Positions 29,229-38,528 of a stretch of 64,000 nt of DNA are shown in pieces. Made by a program: the position numbers and the translations under genes. The notes below the pieces were generated by a model. That model was not told the DNA's origin and did not search any database. It was given only the letters and a program-made list of their open reading frames with translations. The DNA comes from an uncultured bacterium (GTDB lineage: Bacteria; Actinomycetota; Acidimicrobiia; Acidimicrobiales; VFJN01). The DNA lies in NCBI GenBank assembly GCA_963717085.1, contig CAVQVM010000023.1, positions 210,627 to 274,626 on the forward strand, read 5' to 3'. The number at the start of each line of letters is the position of its first letter. Position 1 is the first letter of the stretch.

Positions 29229-30098
29229 ATGGAGCTGCGTGACCGGATCTGCGTAGTGACCGGCGGGGCGAGCGGGATAGGTCAGGCACTGTGCCGGCGC
29301 TTCGCCGCCGAGGGCGCCCGCACGGTGGTCATCGTCGACAAGGACGCCGACGGCGCGCTGGCCACCGCGGACGCGGTCGGGACCCAGGGAACGGCCCTCA
29401 CCGCCGACGTCACCGTGGAGGCCGACATCGAGGCGGTCGTCGAGCGCACCGAGGCAGAGATCGGACCGATCGACCTGTTCGCCTCCAACGCGGGCATCCT
29501 CGGCTTCGGCGGCATCGAGGCTCCCGACTCCGTGTGGGAGTCGGTGTGGTCGGTCAACGTTCTCGCTCACCTGTACGCGGCCCGGGCGATGATCCCCCTC
29601 ATGCTCGAACGGGGCGGCGGCTACCTGCTGTCGACCGCATCTGCAGCCGGGCTGTTGAGCCAGCCCGGTGACGCCCCCTACTCCGTCACCAAGCATGCGG
29701 CGGTGGCGTTGGCCGAGTGGCTGGCCATCACGTACGGCGACCTGGGCATCAAGGTCTCCTGCGTGTGCCCGATGGCGGTCGACACCGCCATGCTGCGGGG
29801 CGGCGCAGGCCCTGCGGCACAGGACACGGGGGGTTCCGAGGGCTCCGGCGCCTCGCGTCCCGAGACGCAGGCTGCCGCCGTTGCGGGAATCCTGTCCCCC
29901 GAGCGCGTGGCGGACAGTGTGGTTGCCGGCATCCGTGACGAGCGCTTCCTGATCCTCCCCCACCCGGCGGTGGCCACGTTCGAGCAGCGCCGGGCGGCGG
30001 ACCGCGACCGTTGGCTCGCCGGGATGCGCCGGCTCAGCGCGGCCCTGACATCGGGGATTCGGCGGGTCGGCACCGAGGCTCCGCCGCACGAGGACTGA
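29229..30098 (+). CDS. SDR family oxidoreductase
   Basis: TGGASGIG, SNAG and YSVTK motifs. Confidence 0.92.
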   Translation: MELRDRICVVTGGASGIGQALCRRFAAEGARTVVIVDKDADGALATADAVGTQGTALTADVTVEADIEAVVERTEAEIGPIDLFASNAGILGFGGIEAPDSVWESVWSVNVLAHLYAARAMIPLMLERGGGYLLSTASAAGLLSQPGDAPYSVTKHAAVALAEWLAITYGDLGIKVSCVCPMAVDTAMLRGGAGPAAQDTGGSEGSGASRPETQAAAVAGILSPERVADSVVAGIRDERFLILPHPAVATFEQRRAADRDRWLAGMRRLSAALTSGIRRVGTEAPPHED

Positions 30099-30140
30099 TA
30101 CCGTCGCCTTCTGACGCATCCGTCAGTAGGGGGAGAGCAG

Positions 30141-32624
30141 ATGCGGGGATTCAAGGCAAGCGCAGCCGCGCTCGCAGCCTTGGTCATCGCCGTCGCGGCC
30201 GGCACCATGGTGCCGGCCGGCGCGACGACCGGGTCGGCGACGGCAGCCGGGCGTCACAGCCCGAACCGGTTCGAGATCACGGTGCTGTCAGGGCGCGCCG
30301 ATCAGGTGTCTGGTGGCGACGCCCTGGTCCAGGTCGCGGTGCCACGCAAGCTGGCGACCGGCGACGTGATCGTCGAGCTCGGCGCGAGCGATGTCACCGA
30401 CGCGTTCAGCGCTGGCGACGACGGCACGCTCGTCGGGTTGGTCGAGGGGCTTGTGAACGGCGACAACACGCTCACGGTCAGCGCCGAAGGGGGCCAGCAC
30501 CGCGTCCCCCGCGCCCGCCTCACGCTCACCAACCATCCCATCGGCGGCCCGATCTTCTCGGGCCCGCAGCAGCAGCCGTTCGTCTGCACCACCGCCCGCG
30601 CCCGCTTCGACGGGCGGCCGATGCTGAGCCAGCCGCTGGTCGACAACCAGGATCGGATCGGCATTCCCGTCGCCGCCGAGGACGCCCAGGGCGGCTACCC
30701 GCAGGACGGCCGGGGTTACCCCACGGCCGAGGCGCAGATCGTCGGCTGGAGCAAGGACTGTGCCGCCAACGCCCGCATCGACTACGTCTACGGCACGACC
30801 GGTGGACAGTTCCGCTGGCTCGAGGATCCCGCAGGGCCGCTCCCCGCCGACATCGCCTCGGTCACAACGCTCGACGGCCGGACGGCACCGTTCATCGTCC
30901 GCTGGGAACGCGGCACGATCAACCGCTTCATCTACAGCGTCGCGATGCTGGCGCCCGCCGGGGAGGCCGATCCCGCCGCACCCGACGACTCGCTGTGGAA
31001 CCGCCGGCTGGTGTTCAGCTTCGACGGAGGCGTCGGCATCGGCCACTTCCAGGGCACCACCAGCACCGGGTCAATGCTGCCCACCGACCTCCTCGGCAAG
31101 GGCTACGGCGTGATGTGGTCGAGCGGCACCCGCACCAGCACGCACTACAACCTGCAGGTCGGGGGCGAGACCGCGCTGATGCTGAAGGAGCACACGGTCG
31201 AGACGCACGGCGTGCCGGACTACACGGTGGCCGTGGGCGGCTCGGGCGGGGCCATCCAGCAGTACGTCTATGCCCAGAACCACCCGGGGCTGATCGACGC
31301 CGCCATCCCCCAGTACTCGTACTCCGACATGGTCACCCAGACGATCCACGTCGGCGACTGCGAGCTGCTGGAGCACTACTTCGACGTCAGCGGGCGCGCC
31401 AGCCCGCGCTGGAAGGACCCGGAGGTGCGCCAGGCGATCATCGGCCTCAACGCCACCAACTTCCCGAAGAACCTCTCCCAGGGCGAGATCGACCAGTGGA
31501 ACGGCCTCTACGGGTTGTACGGGCTCCTCGGCTATCAGGTCATGGACCGCGACCCTGCCTCGCCGGCGCCCGCGCTCACGGAGTGCCGGGCCAGCTGGTT
31601 CGGGCTCACCCCGTTGACGCTCAATCCGACGTTCACCAACGTCAACGACATCGACAAGCTGGCGCAGGGTACCGCCGGTGTCGAATGGACCCACTGGGGC
31701 GACACCGTGAACATCTACGGGCGGGGCGCCGACGGGTTCGCACGGGTGCCGTGGGACAACGTCGGCGTGCAGTACGGCCTGCGGGCGCTGGTCGACGGCG
31801 TGATCACGCCGGCCGACTTCCTCGACCTCAACGCGCAGGTCGGCAGCTGGAAGAACACCGCTGAGATGGCGCCCGAGGGCTTCCCGTTCCAGGGTGCGTT
31901 CAGCCCCCAGAACTTCGACCCCTGGAGCTCACGCAACATGAACCTCAGCCCCGACGGCGGCGCCACGCCCGCCCCCCGGCGCGAGGGCGACCCCGATGCC
32001 ATGCGGGCCGCCTACACGTCGGGCATGGAGTTCCAGGGCGACATCGACATCCCCATCATCGACTGGCGGCACTACCTCGAGGACGAGCTGGACATGCACC
32101 ACTCGCACCAGTCCTTCGCCACCCGCCAGCGGATGCTCAACGCCGACGGCGATGCGTCCAACCAGGTCATCTGGTTCACCGATGCCCGCCCGGCCCGGGC
32201 ATTCGACCAGACGGCGATGGCTTTCGAGGTGATCGACGAGTGGATGGCGAACATCGCCGCCCACCCCGAGCGCAGCGTGGCCCGCAACAAGCCGGCGCGG
32301 GCCGTCGACTCCTGCTTCGACACCAACGGCAACCCCATCGCCTCGGGCCGGAACGTCTGGGACGGCGTGCTCGACGATCGCCCGGACGGCGCCTGCACCC
32401 AGCACTTCCCGGTCTACTCGTCGTCGCGCCGCCAGGCGGGCGGGCCCTACGAGGGTGGCGTGTGGAAGTGCCAGCTGCAGTCGGTCGACCGCGCGATCCG
32501 CAACGGCCTGTACGGGGACTGGCAGCCGACCGCCACCGAGAAGGCCCGCCTCGAGCAGATCTTCCCCGACGGCGTGTGCGACTACACCAAGCCCGACGCC
32601 GGCAGGCCCCGGGGCCGCCACTGA
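30141..32624 (+). CDS. Large secreted alpha/beta-hydrolase-like protein (DUF6351/tannase-like)
   Basis: Signal peptide, LSGRADQVSGGDALV N-terminal domain, GGSGG nucleophile-elbow-like motif, C-terminal FPDGVCDYTKP. The family name is from recollection. Confidence 0.7.
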   Translation: MRGFKASAAALAALVIAVAAGTMVPAGATTGSATAAGRHSPNRFEITVLSGRADQVSGGDALVQVAVPRKLATGDVIVELGASDVTDAFSAGDDGTLVGLVEGLVNGDNTLTVSAEGGQHRVPRARLTLTNHPIGGPIFSGPQQQPFVCTTARARFDGRPMLSQPLVDNQDRIGIPVAAEDAQGGYPQDGRGYPTAEAQIVGWSKDCAANARIDYVYGTTGGQFRWLEDPAGPLPADIASVTTLDGRTAPFIVRWERGTINRFIYSVAMLAPAGEADPAAPDDSLWNRRLVFSFDGGVGIGHFQGTTSTGSMLPTDLLGKGYGVMWSSGTRTSTHYNLQVGGETALMLKEHTVETHGVPDYTVAVGGSGGAIQQYVYAQNHPGLIDAAIPQYSYSDMVTQTIHVGDCELLEHYFDVSGRASPRWKDPEVRQAIIGLNATNFPKNLSQGEIDQWNGLYGLYGLLGYQVMDRDPASPAPALTECRASWFGLTPLTLNPTFTNVNDIDKLAQGTAGVEWTHWGDTVNIYGRGADGFARVPWDNVGVQYGLRALVDGVITPADFLDLNAQVGSWKNTAEMAPEGFPFQGAFSPQNFDPWSSRNMNLSPDGGATPAPRREGDPDAMRAAYTSGMEFQGDIDIPIIDWRHYLEDELDMHHSHQSFATRQRMLNADGDASNQVIWFTDARPARAFDQTAMAFEVIDEWMANIAAHPERSVARNKPARAVDSCFDTNGNPIASGRNVWDGVLDDRPDGACTQHFPVYSSSRRQAGGPYEGGVWKCQLQSVDRAIRNGLYGDWQPTATEKARLEQIFPDGVCDYTKPDAGRPRGRH

Positions 32625-32628
32625 GCTT

Positions 32629-33393
32629 GTGGCCGCGGGCGAAACCAGCGAGCGGTGCCTCCGGGACGTCGCGCCCGAGCGGCTGCCCCTGGCGCTCGCG
32701 GAGCTCCACCGGGCCCTACCGATCGAAGGCGTGTTGCAGGTCGCAGTCTGCGCCGGCGACAGGCTCGATCCGTCCGGGCTGGATGACGACCGGCTGCGCG
32801 ATGTGCTCGTCGGCGCCGGCTTCGAGCCCGACGGAGTCGAGCCGGCGGCCGCCCGCCACGTCTCGGCGGAGCGCCGGCTGGTGGCCCGGGTGCGGCGGGC
32901 ACGGAGCCTCCCCGACACGGTCGGACCCGCCATGCGCCTGCTGATCTGCGGGCTCAACCCGAGCCTCTACGCCGCCGACGCCGGTGTGCCCTTTGCCCGA
33001 CCCGGCAACCGCTTCTGGCCGGCGGCGCTGGCGGCCGGCCTGGTGACGGTCGGCCGCGATCCCGACCACGCCCTCCGCCATCACGGCGTCGGCATGACCG
33101 ACCTGGTCAAGCGGGCCACGGTCGCCGCCGACGAGCTGACGACCGCGGAGTACCGGAGCGGGCTGGCGCGCGTCGAGCGGCTGGTGCACTGGCTTCGCCC
33201 GGGCGGCGTCTGCTTCGTGGGGTTGGCCGGCTGGCGAGCGGCGGTGGACCGACGGGCGCAGCCGGGTCGACAGGCACGGCACCTCGGCGGTGTGCCCGTG
33301 TACGTCATGCCGTCGACCAGCGGGCTCAACGCCCGCACCTCGCTGAGCCAGTTGGAGGGCCACCTGCGCGCGGCGGGCGCCGGGGTCGGCTGA
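32629..33393 (+). CDS. Mismatch-specific (Mug/TDG-family) uracil-DNA glycosylase with an N-terminal methyltransferase-like fragment
   Basis: LICGLNPS, ARPGNRFW, GMTDLVKR and PSTSGLN motifs. N-terminal segment LPLALAELHRAL...LRDVLVGAGFE. Start uncertain. Confidence 0.82.
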   Translation: MAAGETSERCLRDVAPERLPLALAELHRALPIEGVLQVAVCAGDRLDPSGLDDDRLRDVLVGAGFEPDGVEPAAARHVSAERRLVARVRRARSLPDTVGPAMRLLICGLNPSLYAADAGVPFARPGNRFWPAALAAGLVTVGRDPDHALRHHGVGMTDLVKRATVAADELTTAEYRSGLARVERLVHWLRPGGVCFVGLAGWRAAVDRRAQPGRQARHLGGVPVYVMPSTSGLNARTSLSQLEGHLRAAGAGVG

Positions 33394-33399
33394 TCTGGA

Positions 33400-34671
33400 T
33401 CAGTCGCCCATCTCGGCGAGGCGGGCCTGGGACTCGTCGGCGGCCCAGGAGAACACGCCCTTCGACATCGTCGACAGCTCCTCCGCCGATCGGGCGCTGA
33501 AGACCTCGGCCCGCACCCGGTGGACGCCCGCGTCGGCGGGCGCCGCCTGCGCGGCCAGCTCGGCCAGGTGCCCGGCCAGGCGCAGGTCCCCTGCCGCCGC
33601 CAGCTCCGCCGCGCGGTCGGCCAGCCGCGTTGCCCCGCCGGCGAGCGCCGCCAGCTCCCCGGCCAGCTCGCCCTCGGGGGCGGGCTTGAGGTGTGCTGGA
33701 TTGCCGTCGTACCAGCCGCCGTAGAGGCGCCACACGGTCCGCACCACGAACTCCGGCTCGTCGTAGACGGGCCGCAGGTAGGGCCGGTCGAGGAGGTCGG
33801 ACGGTGCTCGCACCGTGTGCACGATGTCGTCGAGGCGGGCGCCGGCGTTCATGAGCTCGAGCACCTGATCCACCAGGCTGTCCAGCAGGTCCGCCGTCTC
33901 CGTCAGCGCACGTCGCACCCGGTCCGCACCGGCGATGGGCCAGCCGTGGCCCGGCAGGAGCAGCTCCGGCTCGAGCGCCACCATCTCCCGCAACGCGATC
34001 GCCCAGTCCCGCGGGTAGCGCTGCACCTTCTGGGGGTTCCCGCAGTTGGGCGACGCCCAGATGAACAGGTCGCCGGTGCACACAACGCGCCGGTCGGGGA
34101 TCCAGATCCACGTGTGGTCATCGGTCTCGCCCCGGCCATGGTGCAACTCGAAGCGCTCGCCCCCCACCTCGACGTCGTGCCGCTGGACGTAGGTCTCGTC
34201 CGGATAGCGGTACTCCGTGGGCCACTGCAGGCCCGGGATCTTGAACTGCCGAGCGTTGATAACCGCGTTGTAGCCGGCCGTCAGGCGATAGCGGTCGAAT
34301 CGAGCCGACACCAACTCGTGGGCCACCACGCGCGGCCCCGCCCGACCGGCGGCGGCCGCCTCGTCCTCGTAGGGCCCGAGGCCGAAGACGTGATCGATGT
34401 GCCCGTGCGTGTAGAGCGCCGCCGCCAGCGGCAGGTCGGTCCAGGCCCGCATCTTGTCGAAGTTCGCTCGGGCCAGGAACTGGCTCCCGGTGTCCACCAA
34501 CACCAGGGACCCATCGGCGACCACACCCGTTACGTTGCCGAAGGCCGTGATGAAGGCGAGGCCGGGCGCGACCTCGTCGAGGTCGCTGTTGACGGCCACC
34601 GGGTGCACCTGCTCTACCGAGATCTCGCCGCTCCAGAGCTTGTCCGTCACCTCGAGTGCGCCGTGGCCCAT
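33400..34671 (-). CDS. Alkyl/aryl sulfatase (metallo-beta-lactamase fold with dimerisation domain)
   Basis: THGHIDH, GETDDH, PNCGNPQKVQRY, PGHG, YGGWYDGNP motifs. Confidence 0.9.
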   Translation of the reverse strand: MGHGALEVTDKLWSGEISVEQVHPVAVNSDLDEVAPGLAFITAFGNVTGVVADGSLVLVDTGSQFLARANFDKMRAWTDLPLAAALYTHGHIDHVFGLGPYEDEAAAAGRAGPRVVAHELVSARFDRYRLTAGYNAVINARQFKIPGLQWPTEYRYPDETYVQRHDVEVGGERFELHHGRGETDDHTWIWIPDRRVVCTGDLFIWASPNCGNPQKVQRYPRDWAIALREMVALEPELLLPGHGWPIAGADRVRRALTETADLLDSLVDQVLELMNAGARLDDIVHTVRAPSDLLDRPYLRPVYDEPEFVVRTVWRLYGGWYDGNPAHLKPAPEGELAGELAALAGGATRLADRAAELAAAGDLRLAGHLAELAAQAAPADAGVHRVRAEVFSARSAEELSTMSKGVFSWAADESQARLAEMGD

Positions 34672-34878
34672 GGGCCCGACACTACGACCACGCGCCGCGC
34701 CGATTGCGGTGTCGGCAACGTTGGTGACGGCGCGCGTGGGTCACCACGGTCCGCAGCGAGGCCACCACACGCAGGGGAACGCATGCGCGTGAATGCCCAC
34801 CGTGAAACCCGCTGGGACCGCGGAACGTGCCTACGGGTGGAGGGTCCGCCCACCTGTTGTGTTAACAATGGAGACCCT

Positions 34879-37164
34879 ATGAAGGATCGGGTCTGGGGCG
34901 ATCCGGCTGGTCCCGCACGAGCTAGCGGTCACACCAACGGTTCTCGTGCTTCCGGTACCAACCACTCCGACGTTCGCGATGACGGCCGCGACGCCGGGGG
35001 CACGCCCATGCATCTCAGGTCGTCGCCGACCGAGAACGGCCGCCGGCGGGGGCCGTTGCGCCGAGCATTTCGCACGATGCTCGACTACCTCCCCCGTGGC
35101 AACACGCTGGACGACGAGACGTTCCAGCGGCGCCACCTGCTGCTGTGCTGGGTGCTGGCGCTGCATATACCGGCACTCTTCGCGTTCGGGCTTTGGCAGG
35201 GCTACCAGGTCAGCCACATGGTGCTGGAGGTCACACCACCGGCCGCCGCCCTCCTGTTCGCCCGGCTGGCGCGCAACCGGCGGCTGGCGGGCTTCTTCAT
35301 CACCTTCGGGCTCATTTTCTGCTCGTACTTGCTGGTCCACCTCTCCGAGGGCTCGATCGAGGCCCACTTCCACTTCTTCATCCTCATCGGCCTCATCGTC
35401 CTCTACCAGGACTGGGTGCCGCTCCTGTGGAACACGCTCTTCACGGTGGTTTCCCACGGGGTGGGCGGCGTCATCGACCCCAGCGGCGTCTACAACCACT
35501 ACGCAGCGCAGAACAAGCCGTGGCTCTGGGCGGGCATCCACGGCGTGTCGGTGCTGGCCGCCTGCATCGGTGTGACGATCTTCTGGAAGAACACCGAGAT
35601 CGAGCAGCACCGCAGCGCCCGGCTGGCGTCCGACCTGGCGGAATCGGAGCTGGCGGCGGTCCAGGCCCAAGCGGCACAGCGTCAGTCGATATCCGACCTG
35701 TTCGTCAACCTCGCCCGGCGCAACCAGTCGCTGCTCGATCGGCAACTGGCGCTCATCTCCGAGCTCGAGCAGCACGAGAACAAGCCCGAGGCGCTGTCCG
35801 ACCTGTTCCAGCTCGACCACCTCGCCACCCGCATCCGTCGCAACGCCGAGTCGCTGCTGGTGCTGTCGGGCGACGAGCCGCCGCGCCTGTGGGGACGACC
35901 GGTCCCCCTGTCCGAGGTCGTGCGCGCCGCCGCTGCGGAGGTCGAGGACTATCCGCGGGTCGAGGTGCTCGTGAGCGACTACCTCGAGGTGTCGGGCCGC
36001 GTGGTGGCCGACTTGTCCCACCTGCTGGCCGAGCTGATCGAGAACGCGACCATGTTCTCGCCGCCGACCTCGGGGGTCCGCGTGCGGACCCACCTGGTGC
36101 CGGGCGAGGGGCGCACGTTCCTGCTCAGCATCGAGGACACCGGCATCGGCCTGTCCGACGAGCACATGCAAGCGGCCAACGAGCTGCTCGCCGACCCACC
36201 CGACATCGATCCCCGTCGCTCGACGTTGGGCTTCCACGTCGTGGGTCGTCTGGCGATTCGCCTCGGGCTCCGCGTGAGCCTGGCGCACACGCCGGGCGGT
36301 GGGGTCACCGCCCTGGTCACACTCCCACCCGACGTCGTCAGCGAACGCAGGTTGCCGGCTTCCGAGGTGGCGTCGCCGGCCTTCGCCGCGTCCGCTCTCA
36401 GCGGAGCCGGGGCATACGACGGCGGCCCCTGGGGCGTCCAGCACCACAACCTGGCCCGCGCGTCCCTCGCGCCCCAGACGGCGGTCGCCGTCGCCGAGCC
36501 GGCCGCCTCGGCCGTCGCGCCACCGTTTGCGCCGCCATTCGCGACGCCGAACCCGCCGTTCGACGCACCGAACCCGCCGTTCGACGCACCGGCACCGTCG
36601 TACATAGCACCGGCACCGCCATACGACGCACCGGCACCGCCGTACGAGGTGCCGGCACCGCCGTACATGGCGCCGGCACCGCCATACGACGCACCGGCAC
36701 CGCCATACGTGGCACCGGCGCCGCCGTTCGACGGACCGGCACCGTCGTACATGGCACCGCCATACGACGCACCAGCACCGTCGTACGAGGCGCCCGCCGC
36801 AGAGCCCGCCCCGCCGTTCGTGGCGCCGGCCTCGCCGTACGAGGCACCCGCACCACAGCCAGCCCCGCCATACGAGGCGCCCGATCCGGCGCCGCTCACC
36901 ACGACCCCGTCGCCGGTGACCGCCGACGGCCTGGTCCGGCGCGTGCCCGGCGCCAGCCTGGCCCCCTCCCTCCGCAAGACGCCCACCGGCGACGGCGGAG
37001 CCCCGACCGCCGTCGGTGGCACGACGCCCGCCGACTGGCGACCCGGCGCGCAGGCCGGCTCGATGCTGTCGCGCTTCCAGGCCAACCAGCGGGCCGGGCG
37101 GGCCGCAGCCGCGGCCTCGCCTCCGGTCGACATCGAGACCCATCCCGGAGACGACGATCCGTGA
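34879..37164 (+). CDS. Conservon sensor histidine-kinase-like protein (CvnA type) with a multi-TM N-terminal sensor and a Pro/Tyr-repeat tail
   Basis: NLARRNQSLLDRQL..I..LE, LFQLDHLATRIRRNAESLLVLSG, ELIENATMFS, IEDTGIG, LGFHVVGRLA. Start estimated from ATG 34879 with a GGAGA RBS. Confidence 0.88.
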   Translation: MKDRVWGDPAGPARASGHTNGSRASGTNHSDVRDDGRDAGGTPMHLRSSPTENGRRRGPLRRAFRTMLDYLPRGNTLDDETFQRRHLLLCWVLALHIPALFAFGLWQGYQVSHMVLEVTPPAAALLFARLARNRRLAGFFITFGLIFCSYLLVHLSEGSIEAHFHFFILIGLIVLYQDWVPLLWNTLFTVVSHGVGGVIDPSGVYNHYAAQNKPWLWAGIHGVSVLAACIGVTIFWKNTEIEQHRSARLASDLAESELAAVQAQAAQRQSISDLFVNLARRNQSLLDRQLALISELEQHENKPEALSDLFQLDHLATRIRRNAESLLVLSGDEPPRLWGRPVPLSEVVRAAAAEVEDYPRVEVLVSDYLEVSGRVVADLSHLLAELIENATMFSPPTSGVRVRTHLVPGEGRTFLLSIEDTGIGLSDEHMQAANELLADPPDIDPRRSTLGFHVVGRLAIRLGLRVSLAHTPGGGVTALVTLPPDVVSERRLPASEVASPAFAASALSGAGAYDGGPWGVQHHNLARASLAPQTAVAVAEPAASAVAPPFAPPFATPNPPFDAPNPPFDAPAPSYIAPAPPYDAPAPPYEVPAPPYMAPAPPYDAPAPPYVAPAPPFDGPAPSYMAPPYDAPAPSYEAPAAEPAPPFVAPASPYEAPAPQPAPPYEAPDPAPLTTTPSPVTADGLVRRVPGASLAPSLRKTPTGDGGAPTAVGGTTPADWRPGAQAGSMLSRFQANQRAGRAAAAASPPVDIETHPGDDDP
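36517..36888 (+). repeat. Degenerate in-frame 21-bp (heptapeptide) tandem repeat, consensus APAPPY(D/E)
   Basis: About 17 A-P-(P/S)-(Y/F)-type units, e.g. gcaccggcaccgccatacgac. Confidence 0.9.
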
Positions 37165-37580
37165 GCAACTCTCACGACGGTGGGGAGCTCGACTGGCTGA
37201 TCAACAGCTTCGTCGACCGCATACCCGGCGTGAGCAGCGCGCTCGTCGTGACCACCGACGGCCTGGTCCTCGCCCACTCCCACCGGATCGCCCGCGACAC
37301 GGCCGACCAGCTGGCGGCGGTCACGTCGGGGCTCGCCAGCCTGACGGCGGGCGCCGCGCGGTGCCTCGAGGCCGGAGCGGTCCAGCAGGTGATCGTCGAA
37401 CTGACCCGCGGCTACCTGTTCGTCACCACCATCGGCGACGGCTCCGCCCTGGCCCTGATGTGTGGCACGGAGTGCGACATCGGCCTCATCGGCTACGAGA
37501 TGAGCCTGCTGGTCACCCGCATCGGGCAGGTGCTGACGCCCGCCATGCGGGCCGACGGCCAGGTCATGCCGCCGCGATGA
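37161..37580 (+). CDS. Roadblock/LC7 (MglB-like) protein, CvnB type
   Basis: LDWLINSFV, DGLV, ADQLAAVTSGLASL, VELTRGYLF, DIGLIGYEM. GTGA overlap with the kinase stop. Confidence 0.93.
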   Translation: MSNSHDGGELDWLINSFVDRIPGVSSALVVTTDGLVLAHSHRIARDTADQLAAVTSGLASLTAGAARCLEAGAVQQVIVELTRGYLFVTTIGDGSALALMCGTECDIGLIGYEMSLLVTRIGQVLTPAMRADGQVMPPR

Positions 37581-37939
37581 ACGCGTTTCCCGACGACCCC
37601 CGGCTGGTGCCGTTCTACGCCCTGACCCAGGGCCGCACCCAACCGGACGGGCGCGACCTCCCGTGGGAGACGATGATCGTCGCCACCAGCGACGGTCGGG
37701 CGGCGCGGCCACAGCTGCGCTTCGAACAGGGCCAGATCGTGGACCTGTGCGGCGGCCCTGTGTCGGTGGCCGAGATTGCCGCCCACCTCGGCGTGCCGCT
37801 GGGGGTGGCGGCGGTGTTGGTATCCGACCTGCACTCCGGCGGCTACATCGCCATGCACCGGCCCAGCGTCTCCGACAATGGACGACCGCATCGGGAGATC
37901 CTCGAGCGGCTCCTCCACGGCCTCAAGGCGCAGGCATGA
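37577..37939 (+). CDS. DUF742 protein, CvnC type
   Basis: RLVPFYALTQGRT, SVAEIAAHLGVPLGVAAVLVSDL, ILERLLHGL. ATGA overlap. Confidence 0.92.
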   Translation: MNAFPDDPRLVPFYALTQGRTQPDGRDLPWETMIVATSDGRAARPQLRFEQGQIVDLCGGPVSVAEIAAHLGVPLGVAAVLVSDLHSGGYIAMHRPSVSDNGRPHREILERLLHGLKAQA

Positions 37940-38517
37940 GCGCGTACGGCGGCCCCGCCGTCGACGCACCGATCCCGGTGAAGATCGTGATCGCCGGCGG
38001 CTTCGGCGCCGGAAAGACCACGTTCGTGGGGGCGGCCTCCGAGATAGCAGCGCTGAGCACCGAGGCGGCGATGACCGACCTGTCGGTGGGCATCGACGAC
38101 CTGTCGGCGGTCCGGGGCAAGTCCACCACCACCGTGGCGCTCGACTTCGGCCGCCGGACGATCGACGAGGGCATGGTCCTCTACGTGTTCGGCACCCCCG
38201 GCCAGGATCGGTTCTGGTTCATGTGGGACGACATCGCCCGCGGAGCGGCCGGCGCCATCGTCCTGATCGACACCCGCCGCATCGCCGATGGGTTCGCCGC
38301 GATCGACTTCTTCGAGGATCGGCGGGTGCCGTTCGTCGTCGCCGTCAACCTGTTCGACGACGCGCCGCGTCATCCGCTGGACTCCGTCCGAGACGCGTTG
38401 GCACTCGCCGCGGACGTTCCGCTGGTTGCCTGCGACGCGCGCGACGGGCGCTCGGTCGTGCCCGTGCTGGTCACCCTCGTCGAGCACGCCCTGATCCGCT
38501 CGATGGCCGGGGCCTGA
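37936..38517 (+). CDS. Small Ras-like/MglA-like GTPase, CvnD type
   Basis: KIVIAGGFGAGKTT, TTTVALDFG, FGTPGQDRFWFMW, VAVNLF. ATGA overlap. Confidence 0.95.
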   Translation: MSAYGGPAVDAPIPVKIVIAGGFGAGKTTFVGAASEIAALSTEAAMTDLSVGIDDLSAVRGKSTTTVALDFGRRTIDEGMVLYVFGTPGQDRFWFMWDDIARGAAGAIVLIDTRRIADGFAAIDFFEDRRVPFVVAVNLFDDAPRHPLDSVRDALALAADVPLVACDARDGRSVVPVLVTLVEHALIRSMAGA

Positions 38518-38528
38518 CCGGCCCGCGC

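Noticed and set aside
33520-34878. 1214-aa ORF 33520..37164 as one giant kinase
   Set aside because: The first ~450 codons are the antisense shadow of the alkyl sulfatase gene. The credible start is at or after 34879.
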